Assembly (NCBI GenBank): GCA_964631685.1
Contig: CAZVZU010000008.1
Span: 74,576 to 91,587, forward strand
From: an uncultured Actinomycetes bacterium
GTDB taxonomy: Bacteria > SZUA-79 > Acidulodesulfobacterales > Acidulodesulfobacteraceae
Reading direction: 5' to 3'
Length of the DNA: 17,012 nt
Shown: one piece after another, positions 1 through 9,103 of the stretch
Layout: each line of letters starts with the position of its first letter
How positions within the stretch are numbered: the stretch's first letter is position 1
Translations under genes and position numbers: made by a program
Notes under the pieces: model-generated
What the model was told of the DNA's origin: nothing
Database searches by the model: none
The model's input: only the letters and a program-made list of their open reading frames with translations

Positions 1-55
1 GCGGCTACGGCTACTAAGGCTCCTGCAACCAAAAAAGCGGCTACGGCTACTAAGG
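1..55 (+). repeat. Coding direct repeat, 19 bp with a 36-nt period
   Basis: gcggctacggctactaagg at 1-19 and 37-55; the period is 12 codons. Confidence 0.85.
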
Positions 56-66
56 TAAAAAGTTAA
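1..66 (+). CDS. 3' end of an upstream gene with a low-complexity Ala/Thr/Lys tail (partial)
   Basis: Frame 1 reads AATATKAPATKKAATATKVKS* with TAA at 64-66, directly followed by a terminator hairpin. Composition is histone H1-like. The parent gene lies outside the window. Confidence 0.7.
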   Translation, partial: AATATKAPATKKAATATKVKS

Positions 67-89
67 GGTTTAGAATTAAAAATTTTATT

Positions 90-149
90 CCCGCTTTTCC
101 ATGTTAATTTGATAATATCAAATGGGAAAGCGGGCTTTCTGTTTATTTC
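90..149 (+). terminator. Rho-independent terminator
   Basis: Stem cccgcttttccat (90-102) pairs with atgggaaagcggg (122-134) with one G-U pair. An inner tttgata/tatcaaa palindrome lies in the loop, and the T-rich ctttctgtttatttc follows. Confidence 0.75.
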
Positions 150-165
150 TATGAACTAATATATT

Positions 166-888
166 ATGTTTTTTAAAGTCTTTTTCTTTGTGGTTTTATT
201 ACTATCTTTCTTAACCCCTGTGACGTTCAAGTTTGCCTACGCTTTAAATCGCTCAAACCAACGTACATATCAAGAATCTCCCGTTGTAATACATAAATTG
301 GATGCATATAAGCAAGAATTTCATTTTTTATCCTTGGAAATTGTTAAAAAGAAAAAAAATATTGATGATTTAAAAAGTAAAATTAAGCTCATTAAGTCCA
401 ACATAAAAATATTAAAAGATGAAATTGATATGGATAGTTTGGTTAGCAGAAGCCTGATTAGAAGAATATTTATTATTCAAAGGGATAAAGATACATTAAA
501 ATTAGCGTCTATAAGGGGTAGTATCGATTATTTCATAGCATTTTACCAATTAAAAACAATTTTATATAGAGAGAGGTTTAAGCTGAATAAATTAGTGGCG
601 CGCAAGGATAGATTTTTAAAGATGAAAATTTATTTTAAGAAAGAAAGGGCAGATTTAAAAAAGGCCGTAGAAAGCATGAGGATTTCCCGCTACAAACTAA
701 ATAAGTTAATAAAAAACATTCAAGCCTATATGAGAGCAGTAAGGATAAAGTATATGAAGATGATGAGAGATAAAAAGAATAGACTTTTAAAGAAGAAGGT
801 TATAAAATTGATGCACAAAATAAACGATAAATCTGAATTTAGATCTAAATCTAAACATAGGGATATAAAATTTATTATATTGAGGTAA
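166..888 (+). CDS. Secreted, basic coiled-coil protein; EnvC-like N-terminal region without an M23/LytM domain
   Basis: Signal peptide-like N-terminus (ending ...FAYA) and long heptad-rich helices. The central segment resembles the turn of the EnvC/PcsB coiled coil. It sits in the envC position, directly upstream of ctpA and the divergent polysaccharide deacetylase. Confidence 0.6.
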   Translation: MFFKVFFFVVLLLSFLTPVTFKFAYALNRSNQRTYQESPVVIHKLDAYKQEFHFLSLEIVKKKKNIDDLKSKIKLIKSNIKILKDEIDMDSLVSRSLIRRIFIIQRDKDTLKLASIRGSIDYFIAFYQLKTILYRERFKLNKLVARKDRFLKMKIYFKKERADLKKAVESMRISRYKLNKLIKNIQAYMRAVRIKYMKMMRDKKNRLLKKKVIKLMHKINDKSEFRSKSKHRDIKFIILR

Positions 889-895
889 TAAAAGT

Positions 896-2215
896 ATGCG
901 GCAATTTTTGTACAGGTCATCTATCAAGGTAGCAATGTTTATTGTTGTTTTCGTTGTAGTTTTTAGTTTTGTGGGTGGCAAATCTTGTTTTGCAAAACAA
1001 TTAAGCGGAAGTACTATTAAAAATCTAAGACTTTTTTCAAAAGTATATGTTTTAATAAAAAATAATTACATAAAGAAAGAAGGGTCTGGGAAGCTTATCT
1101 TTGGTGCGATCGAGGGTATGGTATCCACATTGGACCCACATACATATTTTTTAACCCCGAGAGAATTTGGGCAAATGAAGGCCGAGACATCAGGAGAATT
1201 TGTCGGGATAGGTATTAAAATTTCCGTAAGAAATCATTACATTGTTATAATATCGCCTATTGACGGTTCTCCCGCCGCTAAAGCCGGCATTAAGGCGGGA
1301 GATATAATTAAGAAAATTAATAATATCTCAACCTATAATATGAATATTATGAGGGCGGTCGCTGTTCTTAAGGGCAAGGCCGGAACAGTTGTCAACCTTT
1401 TAATTAAGCGTAAGACTTTTAAGAAATCTAAGGTTTTTAGGCTTGTCAGGGGGGATATAATACTAAAGAGTGTAAAATATATGATATTACCTCATCATAT
1501 AGGTTATGTTAGGATTTCTAGTTTTCAGGAACACACGAATAGGCAGCTCCTGAAAGCATTGCAAATTATAAACTCTAGAGAACACGGGACTAAGGGGCTG
1601 ATTATTGACTTAAGAAATAACCCCGGCGGTCTTTTGAACCAGGCGGTCAAGGTCTGTAGTGATTTTATAAAAAGCGGACTAGTGGTTTATACGAAAGGAA
1701 GAATCAAAGCTCATGATATGAAATATTTTGTTCTTGACACTGGTTCCCTCTTTAAATACCCGATAGTTGTGTTAGTGAATTCTGGGACTGCCAGTGCCGC
1801 TGAGATTACAGCAGGAAGCCTTCAAGCTCATAAGAGAGCGGTTATAATAGGGACACAAACATTTGGCAAGGGTTCCGTTCAAACCATATTTACCCTTCCT
1901 GAGGGTGCGGGTATTGGTTTGACGACGGCTTTTTACTTCTTACCTAACGGTGTTTCTGTTCAAGATACGGGTGTAACGCCTAATTTTATTGTTCATAGTT
2001 CAAAAAATTTAGTATTTTTAAAGCATGCTTCTAGGTATGGCAGGTTAAGAGAGGTGGATTTAAAGCATCACTTTAAAAATCCGGAAAGTGTGGAAATAAA
2101 TAAAAGTGGTAAAGGGAAGATCTTTAAAATGTATCACAAGAAAGACGATCAGTTTAGGTTTGCCTATGAGCTTCTTAGAAGTTGGAACTTCATTCAAAAC
2201 ATCGGAGCAAAGTAG
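896..2215 (+). CDS. ctpA: Carboxyl-terminal processing protease, peptidase S41A family with PDZ domain
   Basis: Motifs LDPHT, GIGI (PDZ), DLRNNPGG, TASAAEI (catalytic Ser) and TFGKGSVQT (catalytic Lys). Signal peptide present; GAGG RBS at 882-885. Confidence 0.95.
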   Translation: MRQFLYRSSIKVAMFIVVFVVVFSFVGGKSCFAKQLSGSTIKNLRLFSKVYVLIKNNYIKKEGSGKLIFGAIEGMVSTLDPHTYFLTPREFGQMKAETSGEFVGIGIKISVRNHYIVIISPIDGSPAAKAGIKAGDIIKKINNISTYNMNIMRAVAVLKGKAGTVVNLLIKRKTFKKSKVFRLVRGDIILKSVKYMILPHHIGYVRISSFQEHTNRQLLKALQIINSREHGTKGLIIDLRNNPGGLLNQAVKVCSDFIKSGLVVYTKGRIKAHDMKYFVLDTGSLFKYPIVVLVNSGTASAAEITAGSLQAHKRAVIIGTQTFGKGSVQTIFTLPEGAGIGLTTAFYFLPNGVSVQDTGVTPNFIVHSSKNLVFLKHASRYGRLREVDLKHHFKNPESVEINKSGKGKIFKMYHKKDDQFRFAYELLRSWNFIQNIGAK

Positions 2216-2217
2216 CT

Positions 2218-3471
2218 TTGGCAAAGAATAAAAAACGAGCAAACAATAGGTTAAAATATAATATTCTACTGGTGTTAGCAGGTTTTTTTATCGCAGCAAT
2301 TTTTTTTATTTTTGCTTATGAATTTTTCTTTTTAGCTCATCATGTAAAACCACCTAGACAATATACCGTTTTTAAAAAGATAAATAAAACAGAGTTAAAG
2401 GTAGCTCTTTATAAACAACATCCTATTAAAAATGTAATGTTTTTTTTCAATAAAACATTACAAGGATTTGGAATTATAGATCGCAATGTCGTCATTAAAC
2501 ATGTTGTTTTAAGTATTAAAGCACCTGTTAACAAAAAAGACGGTTTAAAAAATATAACCGTCAACTTTTTAAAATACGATGTCTTAATATCAAGTGGTTT
2601 GGATTTTAATTTAATCAAGAATGCCTTTAGGACAGAGTTTGAAAAATATATACTTCCATCAGGGAGCCCTATCAGTTATTATCTGTATACTGTAAAAAAC
2701 AATACTCTGTGCATATATTTTTATTACAAGTCCAGACTCTTCCTGAAAGCTGTTTTTATCGTAGAAGGGGTGAATAATAGCGGGTTTAATTCTATAATAC
2801 AGTATGTTAACGCACCTAAAATATCGCTCAATATAGATGATGTAGGTTATGATGTGGCTTTTATCCAGAGCTTGGTTTCTTTGCATACTCCGATAACTTT
2901 TGCAATTTTTCCTTATGCACCCTTTTCTGATCAGATAGATATGATGCTACACAAACTGGGATATGAAACTATAATGCATACCCCTATGGAGCCTGTTAAT
3001 ATAAAACTGTTTCCCGGAGATGGGGCGCTCTTTATTTCAATGGATAAGCAAGAGATAAAAAACAAAATTTTTACTGATATAGGTATGCTTCCGTTTATTA
3101 ATGGGGCAAATAACCATGAGGGTTCTCTATTTACATCTGATAAAAATAAGATTTGCGATGCTATTTCCGCTTTCAAAGAAAAAGGTTTGTTTTTTATGGA
3201 CAGCTTGACTGATGTAAATAGTTATGCGTATAGATGCGCGTTGAAAAATGGGCTTCCTTCGGCGCAAAGAGATGTTTTTATTGATGATAAATCGCCTGAT
3301 GGGTACATAGAAAGACAAATTAATACCGCCACATCTATGACAGATAGATTCAAAAGGGTCATAATTATAGGTCATCCTAGGCCCAATACAGTACGGGTTT
3401 TAATGATGGAGATTCCCAAACTCAAGAAAGAGGGGTACTTTTTTGTGCCTTTATGTGAATTTTTAAGGTAA
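2218..3471 (+). CDS. Divergent polysaccharide deacetylase family protein (YibQ-like) with N-terminal membrane anchor
   Basis: Motifs IDDVGY, HTPMEP, GANNHEGS, FMDSLT, RDVFID and IGHPRP. TTG at 2218 is preferred over 2182 because GGAG lies at 2204-2207 and it avoids overlap with ctpA. Confidence 0.9.
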   Translation: MAKNKKRANNRLKYNILLVLAGFFIAAIFFIFAYEFFFLAHHVKPPRQYTVFKKINKTELKVALYKQHPIKNVMFFFNKTLQGFGIIDRNVVIKHVVLSIKAPVNKKDGLKNITVNFLKYDVLISSGLDFNLIKNAFRTEFEKYILPSGSPISYYLYTVKNNTLCIYFYYKSRLFLKAVFIVEGVNNSGFNSIIQYVNAPKISLNIDDVGYDVAFIQSLVSLHTPITFAIFPYAPFSDQIDMMLHKLGYETIMHTPMEPVNIKLFPGDGALFISMDKQEIKNKIFTDIGMLPFINGANNHEGSLFTSDKNKICDAISAFKEKGLFFMDSLTDVNSYAYRCALKNGLPSAQRDVFIDDKSPDGYIERQINTATSMTDRFKRVIIIGHPRPNTVRVLMMEIPKLKKEGYFFVPLCEFLR

Positions 3472-3480
3472 AGACATAGT

Positions 3481-4329
3481 ATGAAAAATTTCAAAGAAAG
3501 GGTTATCATAGCGCTGGATTATAATAATCTAAATTCTGTTAAAGATGTATTGGAAAGACTCAAGGGAGAGGCTTTTTTTTATAAAATAGGTTCGGAACTT
3601 TTTACTTCTTGCGGTAATCAAAGTATAGAATTGGTAAGAGATTACGGTTGCAAGGTGTTTTTAGACCTTAAATTCCATGATATTCCTAATACCGTTTATA
3701 ATGCCGTTAAATCTGCTGGTGAATTAGGTGTCGATATAATTAACGTCCATGCTTCTGGGGGCGGGGAGATGATGAAATCGGCAAAACAAGGTGGCGTAGA
3801 TGCGACAAAAAAGACGGGTAAAAAAATTGATATTATAGCCGTAACGATTCTAACAAACTTAGCAGAAGAAGATGTGATGGGTATTTTTTACCATTCCGAA
3901 GACGGCTGCGGTAGCGCAGCCGTCTTCGGCAATATTGTCGATAATTTAGTTTTGCATCTGGCAAGATTAGCTAAGATTTCTGGCCTCGATGGGGTTGTTT
4001 GTTCCGGGCATGAGTCGCTTAAAATAAAAAAAGTTTTAGGGGACGGCTTTAAAACAATTACTCCCGGAATTAGATTAAAAAAAAGTAGTTACATGAAAGA
4101 TAAAGATATTTGCAGTGTTAATGTTGACATGAGGATAGATGATCAAAAAAGGGTAATGACCCCCTTTCAGGCATTTAGTTCGAAGGCAGATTATATAGTC
4201 GTAGGGAGAGAGGTTACCGCTTCAAACAATCCGTTAGAGGCGCTAAAAACAATTTATCGTGATGTCGAGCGGGTGCCTATTTTATCCCGTTTTACAGATC
4301 AAGGCAGTGGGTTAAATCAATGCGATTGA
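3481..4329 (+). CDS. pyrF: Orotidine-5'-phosphate decarboxylase
   Basis: Motifs IIALD, FLDLKFHDIPNTV (DxKxxD), HASGG, DGVVCS, TPGIR, DDQKRVMTP and VVGR. Confidence 0.97.
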   Translation: MKNFKERVIIALDYNNLNSVKDVLERLKGEAFFYKIGSELFTSCGNQSIELVRDYGCKVFLDLKFHDIPNTVYNAVKSAGELGVDIINVHASGGGEMMKSAKQGGVDATKKTGKKIDIIAVTILTNLAEEDVMGIFYHSEDGCGSAAVFGNIVDNLVLHLARLAKISGLDGVVCSGHESLKIKKVLGDGFKTITPGIRLKKSSYMKDKDICSVNVDMRIDDQKRVMTPFQAFSSKADYIVVGREVTASNNPLEALKTIYRDVERVPILSRFTDQGSGLNQCD

Positions 4330-5063
4330 CAATATACGGGACTAATACAATTAAAGAGGCAATTCTTTCAGGGAAATTAAGAAAGACTATTTATTTTAGT
4401 GAGAAAAAATGGAAACATGGGTTTATTGATAAAGATTTTTTAAAATTAATCAGGGCAAGAAATATTAAAATAGAAGTAAAAAATGACAATATTTTTATAA
4501 AAGAATTTAAGAAAGAGGCATTCATAAAAGGTATGGCGGCGATCGTTGAATATGATGAAAAACAGTATGAAGAGCTCTTTGAGAATCAAGATAATCGTTT
4601 ACCGTTTTATCTGATATTAGATGAAATTACCGACCCGCAAAATTTAGGCTCCATAATAAGAACGGCAAATTGCTCCAATATTTCTGGAATTATACTTCCT
4701 AAATCAAACTCCATTTTTATCACTTCTTCCGTTGCGAATGTTTCGCAAGGAGCGCTGTTTTATGTTGATGTGGTTAGGGTTACTAATATCGCACGGGTTA
4801 TAAGCGATTTAAAAAAGAGGGGTATTTGGATTATAGGACTATCCAACGGTTCCAAAAACGATATTTATACGATGGATTACAATATTCCGCTCGCTATTGT
4901 TATTGGTTCCGAGGGTAATGGTTTGAGAAAGCTTACGATTTCCAAATGCGAAAATATTTTAAATATACCTATGGTCGGAAATGTGACTTCTTTGAATGCA
5001 GGAGTAAGCTTTGCCGTCATAGCATATGAGGTTTTAAGGCAGAGAATGCGTAATAATATATAA
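4320..5063 (+). CDS. rlmB: 23S rRNA 2'-O-methyltransferase, TrmH/SpoU family (RlmB-like)
   Basis: N-terminal IYG..IKEA segment; SPOUT motifs LDEITDPQNLGSIIRTA, VIGSEGNG and IPMVGNVTSLNAGVS. Confidence 0.9.
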   Translation: MRLTIYGTNTIKEAILSGKLRKTIYFSEKKWKHGFIDKDFLKLIRARNIKIEVKNDNIFIKEFKKEAFIKGMAAIVEYDEKQYEELFENQDNRLPFYLILDEITDPQNLGSIIRTANCSNISGIILPKSNSIFITSSVANVSQGALFYVDVVRVTNIARVISDLKKRGIWIIGLSNGSKNDIYTMDYNIPLAIVIGSEGNGLRKLTISKCENILNIPMVGNVTSLNAGVSFAVIAYEVLRQRMRNNI

Positions 5064-5078
5064 CCGGTCAAAAAAAAC

Positions 5079-5107
5079 TTGACATTATCTGTTGAGTGTT
5101 ATATTCT
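5079..5107 (+). promoter_or_regulatory. sigma70-type promoter of the cold-shock gene
   Basis: TTGACA (5079-5084), 17-nt spacer, TATTCT (5102-5107). An overlapping TGn-TATATT lies at 5097-5105, with an A-tract upstream of the -35. Confidence 0.75.
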
Positions 5108-5217
5108 CACTATTGACTTGTTCATCTATTTGTTTGGGTGGGAGTCTAAGTTTAATATTTTTCGGTTGTTTTTGTAATACTATAAATAACCGTTAAAGTA
5201 GTAAGGAGAAGTAAGGT

Positions 5218-5421
5218 ATGAGGTACCAAGGGAAAGTGAAATGGTTTAACGACAGCAAAGGTTTCGGATTTATCGAACAAGAAGACGGACAGGATGTTTT
5301 TGTTCATTATTCCGCAATTTCGCAAGACGGTTTTAAAACCTTAACAGAGGGACAGAAAGTGGAGTTTGAAATCACCAACGGTGCAAAGGGCCCCCAGGCT
5401 ATCAACGTAACAAAGGCTTAA
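5218..5421 (+). CDS. csp: Cold-shock protein (CspA family)
   Basis: GKVKWFN, RNP1 KGFGFI, RNP2 VFVHYS, GFKTL and KGPQA. AAGGAG RBS at 5203-5208. Confidence 0.98.
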   Translation: MRYQGKVKWFNDSKGFGFIEQEDGQDVFVHYSAISQDGFKTLTEGQKVEFEITNGAKGPQAINVTKA

Positions 5422-5434
5422 TCTTTGTTTATGT

Positions 5435-5557
5435 ATTAGGCGGTGTATGGTCTACTTGCTTCATAATTTAGTTCGGTCGCTTTCCTGCGAGGAAAAGTTG
5501 TACTAAGAAGTGAATAATAATGGCAATAGCAAACAGTTAAGAATATACCGTTTTAAT
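5435..5557 (+). ncRNA. Putative structured RNA element (long interrupted hairpin) in the csp 3' region
   Basis: Nested pairings found by eye: 5435-5448 with 5543-5557, 5456-5462 with 5507-5513, 5468-5477 with 5497-5506, and 5481-5486 with 5490-5495. The many G-U pairs favour the + strand. Family not recognised. Confidence 0.35.
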
Positions 5558-5581
5558 GGTTGGCCGTTTTTAAAATCATTT

Positions 5582-5620
5582 ACCCCAGTAAATAAATTAA
5601 ATTTATTGGGGTTTTTTGTT
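5582..5620 (+). terminator. Rho-independent terminator after csp
   Basis: accccagtaaat (5582-5593) pairs with atttattggggt (5601-5612), followed by a T-run. Confidence 0.85.
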
Positions 5621-5711
5621 GTTATAAACGAAATAACTATAAATATGCTACAACGAAAAAATATAGTATTATTAACTTTAGTAATAAGTAAATTTGCTTG
5701 GAGGCAACTAA

Positions 5712-7556
5712 TTGAGTTATCAAGAAAAAATTAGAAATATTGCGGTTGTTGCGCATGTTGATCATGGCAAGACTACCTTGATAGATAAAATGCTTAAGGA
5801 AAGTATAAGCAAGAGAGATTTTGATGCCTTACCGGAAAGGGCAATGGATAGCGATGAGCTTGAAAAAGAGCGTGGAATAACTATATTATCAAAATGCATG
5901 GGGATTCATTATAAAGACTATAGGATTAATATTGTTGATACGCCCGGGCATGGAGATTTTGGGAGTGAGGTAGAAAGGGTGCTCACTATGGTTGACGGCG
6001 TCTTGCTTTTAGTAGATGCATTCGATGGACCTATGCCTCAGACGAGATTTATTTTAAAAAAATGTTTGGGTTTAAATCTCAAGGTCGTACTTGTAATAAA
6101 TAAAATAGATAGACCAGGCGCCAGGCCCAAGGATGTATTGGAGATGGTTTATGATTTATTTCTTGAATTAGGCGGTGATAATGTTGATTTGGACTTTCCA
6201 ATTATATATTCATCGGCAAAAGAGGGTTACGCGATACAAGATTTAAGCATTACCGGAGAAGATCGGTATAAGAGTGGATTGACCCCCCTTTTTGAGGCAA
6301 TTATAAAGTTTATGCCTCATCCGCCAATCTTGAATGGTGAAAATCTTGAATTTTTAGTCACAAGCATCGGACATGATGATTTTCTAGGTGCTACCGCTAT
6401 CGGTATCGTTAAATCCGGGAACCTTAAGGTAATGGAGCAGGTATACTTATATAATATAAAGGATGAGTTGATTAAAGCGCGTCCGACTAAAATATTTTTA
6501 TTTAACGGACTCAAAAAACAAGAAACGGGTGAAATAAAAGAAGGTGACATTGCTTTAGTTGCAGGACTTACCGGTGTCTGTGCAGGGGATTACATCGTAA
6601 AAGATAAGCCTGTAGCCCCGTTGCAAAGAATAAAGATAGACGAACCCGTTATCCTTGTCAACTTTATAGTTAATAAGAGCCCATTTTCAGGAAAAGAAGG
6701 GAAGCTTGTGACAACAAGGCAATTAAGAGAAAGGCTTCACAAAGAGGTGCTGAATAATGTAGGGCTTAAGATTTCCGATACCAGTGACGAAACAGTATTT
6801 GATGTATATGGCAGAGGGCTTTTGCATTTATCCATCTTAATAGAAAAGATGAGGAGAGAGGGATTCGAATTTGCAGTATCTAAGCCTAGGGGTGTCATAA
6901 AAGAGATAGATGGCAAAAAAATGGAACCCTACGAGCTTCTATATATCACAGTTAAAGATGAATTCACTGGCAGTATCTTAGAGAGGCTTTCATCCATGAA
7001 GGGCAACATGATAGATATGTCTAAGGACGACAAAGGTAATACCTATTTTGAATTTATTATACCTTCAAGAAGTATAATGGGATTTCATAATGAATTTTTA
7101 ACGCTTACCAAGGGCACTGGAACGATGAACCATAGTTTTTATAAGTTTGACGAATATGCATTTGATGTTTCGCCAAGAAAAAACGGTGTAATGATATCTA
7201 TGATAAGTGGTGAGACCAATTCATACGGCTTATTTAATTTGCAGGACAGGGGCAGTCTTTTTGTGGGTCCCCAACGCGAGGTTTATGAGGGGATGGTCTT
7301 AGGTGTTCATTCGAAGCCCGGTGATATCACGGTTAATCCTTGCAAAAAAAAGCAACTTAGCAATATGAGATCAAAGGCTTCGGACGAGATGATTGCGTTG
7401 ACTCCACCCGTGAGGCTTACTATAGAATACGCACTTGAATTCATCGAAGACGATGAGCTTGTTGAGTTTACCCCAAAATCCATCCGTTTACGAAAGAAGC
7501 TATTGTCCGAAAACGGCCGTAAAAAGGTGTCTAGAGGTAGACGTGCAGGAGCGTAA
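5712..7556 (+). CDS. typA: Translational GTPase TypA/BipA
   Basis: [30 protein letters not shown] and NKID, plus the BipA-type C-terminus [25 protein letters not shown] start with GGAGG at 5700-5704. Confidence 0.97.
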   Translation: MSYQEKIRNIAVVAHVDHGKTTLIDKMLKESISKRDFDALPERAMDSDELEKERGITILSKCMGIHYKDYRINIVDTPGHGDFGSEVERVLTMVDGVLLLVDAFDGPMPQTRFILKKCLGLNLKVVLVINKIDRPGARPKDVLEMVYDLFLELGGDNVDLDFPIIYSSAKEGYAIQDLSITGEDRYKSGLTPLFEAIIKFMPHPPILNGENLEFLVTSIGHDDFLGATAIGIVKSGNLKVMEQVYLYNIKDELIKARPTKIFLFNGLKKQETGEIKEGDIALVAGLTGVCAGDYIVKDKPVAPLQRIKIDEPVILVNFIVNKSPFSGKEGKLVTTRQLRERLHKEVLNNVGLKISDTSDETVFDVYGRGLLHLSILIEKMRREGFEFAVSKPRGVIKEIDGKKMEPYELLYITVKDEFTGSILERLSSMKGNMIDMSKDDKGNTYFEFIIPSRSIMGFHNEFLTLTKGTGTMNHSFYKFDEYAFDVSPRKNGVMISMISGETNSYGLFNLQDRGSLFVGPQREVYEGMVLGVHSKPGDITVNPCKKKQLSNMRSKASDEMIALTPPVRLTIEYALEFIEDDELVEFTPKSIRLRKKLLSENGRKKVSRGRRAGA

Positions 7557-7622
7557 AGCTATAAATGTTTTATATGTATAACAGATAAATATAGGCGAGA
7601 TATTTAAAATGGTGTCTTTAAC

Positions 7623-8444
7623 ATGAGAGTTAAGGTTTGCGCAGTACAGATGTCTTCTTCCGCAGATAAAAAAGCATCCATTGAAAAGGCAATAGATTTT
7701 TTATCAATGGCATCAAAAAATAAGGCTAATATTGTCTGTTTTCCCGAACTCTTTGCGGTTAACTGGTTTCCGCAGCATGGCGAAGCGGATGAAGTAAGTG
7801 AAAACCGTAAATTAGCTGAGAATATTAGTGGTCAAACCTTAACATTGCTAAAAGAACAGGCAAAAAAATTTGGCATGGTCATAATTGCCCCTTTTTTTGA
7901 AAAAAGTGGAAAACACTATTACAACAGCACGGCTATTATAAATGAAGAGGGCAATATTTTAGGGATTTATAGAAAAATTCATCTTCCTAGTGTAGAATAT
8001 TACTATGAAAAATCCTATTTTTCCAATGGAAAAGATATTCCTGTTTTCAAGACCAAGTTTGGAACCATAGGCATACAGATGTGCTGGGATAATTTTTATC
8101 CCGAGGTATCAAGAATTTTAGCTGTTAAGGGAGCCGAGATTATATTTGCTCCTACTGCTTCTGCTTTCAATACCAATGGTAAGTGGTTCTTATCTATTTC
8201 TGCAAATGCTTTTGTTAACGGTGTTTATATCGTAAGGGTTAATAGGGTGGGCAAGAACAGCTCCCTTGATTTTTACGGTAAATCGTTTTGTGTTTCTCCC
8301 GATGGAACTATTATGGATGATTTTGCAGGCCTTAATGAATGCGCCATTATCTATAATGTTGAAACAAAAGAGATAAAGGAAGCAAGAAAAAATTGGCCAT
8401 TCATCGAAAATCGTTTCAAGGAAGCATACAAGGACATTATATAA
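7623..8444 (+). CDS. Carbon-nitrogen hydrolase (nitrilase superfamily; N-carbamoylputrescine amidase / ureidopropionase-like)
   Basis: Glu-Lys-Cys triad motifs FPELF, YRKIHLP and QMCWD, plus YEKSYF, NRVG and FYGKS. Substrate cannot be determined from sequence alone. Confidence 0.9.
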   Translation: MRVKVCAVQMSSSADKKASIEKAIDFLSMASKNKANIVCFPELFAVNWFPQHGEADEVSENRKLAENISGQTLTLLKEQAKKFGMVIIAPFFEKSGKHYYNSTAIINEEGNILGIYRKIHLPSVEYYYEKSYFSNGKDIPVFKTKFGTIGIQMCWDNFYPEVSRILAVKGAEIIFAPTASAFNTNGKWFLSISANAFVNGVYIVRVNRVGKNSSLDFYGKSFCVSPDGTIMDDFAGLNECAIIYNVETKEIKEARKNWPFIENRFKEAYKDII

Positions 8445-8458
8445 TTTTCATAGTATTT

Positions 8459-9103
8459 ATGGAATTAAATTTTATAGATCTTAAAAATATTGCCGATTCC
8501 CGTCCGCAACCTGTTCATTCCACAGATTACGATAAAAACAAAGAAAAAGACAAGCTTGATCTGACCCAGTTCGTGGAGACGTCGTCCAATTTGCGTACTA
8601 TATTGAACCACGCAATAAAGGAGATCTTTAATATACACACGCAGGTTTCTCAAACCGTGTGGGACATAAAAATGTTCAATGACGAGCTTAAAAGAGAAGG
8701 TTCTGGTTTTATCGTATGCTACTCAAACAGTAAAAAAGAAAAATCAAACGGTGAGGTTAATGGGCATTTTACCCAAGATAATAATGGCACTATGAGATTT
8801 GGTTTAAAATCTAGAATCATTGGATTTTTTATTTTTTATACCGTTATGGATGAAATACATATACTTGACATAGCTGTTGCAAGAGATGTGCAATCTAATG
8901 GGATCGGAACGATGATGTTGGATTATATTTTAAAGCAATATATAGATTTGGGCGTAAAATATTTTTATCTTGAAGTTAGGGTGTCTAACGCCGTTGCAAT
9001 AAATCTTTATAAAAAATTTGGCTTTAAAATTTTTATGCTAAGAAAAGATTACTATGATGATAACAAAGAGGATGCTTTATGCATGATGAAAGAGATTGTT
9101 TGA
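8459..9103 (+). CDS. rimI: Ribosomal-protein-alanine N-acetyltransferase (RimI-like GNAT) with N-terminal extension and insertion
   Basis: Motifs DEIHILDIAV, QSNGIG (acetyl-CoA binding), LEVRVSN, AINLYKKFGF and RKDYYDDNKEDALCM. ATG 8459 chosen to avoid overlap with the upstream gene; exact start uncertain. Confidence 0.85.
   Translation: MELNFIDLKNIADSRPQPVHSTDYDKNKEKDKLDLTQFVETSSNLRTILNHAIKEIFNIHTQVSQTVWDIKMFNDELKREGSGFIVCYSNSKKEKSNGEVNGHFTQDNNGTMRFGLKSRIIGFFIFYTVMDEIHILDIAVARDVQSNGIGTMMLDYILKQYIDLGVKYFYLEVRVSNAVAINLYKKFGFKIFMLRKDYYDDNKEDALCMMKEIV

Noticed and set aside
108..122. Fur box call for tttgataatatcaaa
   Set aside because: Only a partial match to GATAATnATTATC; it is explained by the terminator hairpin, and the downstream genes are not iron related.
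2182..2217. Longer track starts for the deacetylase (2182) and rimI (8393)
   Set aside because: Both overlap the upstream gene by tens of bases; downstream in-frame starts (2218 and 8459) fit better.
5468..5506. SRP (4.5S) RNA or tRNA call for the hairpin after csp
   Set aside because: No GNRA-capped helix with the conserved AGCAG internal loop, and no cloverleaf or T-loop.
5510..5734. 74-aa + strand ORF between csp and typA
   Set aside because: GTG start without a good RBS; it runs through a clear terminator hairpin, overlaps the typA start and has no recognisable motif.
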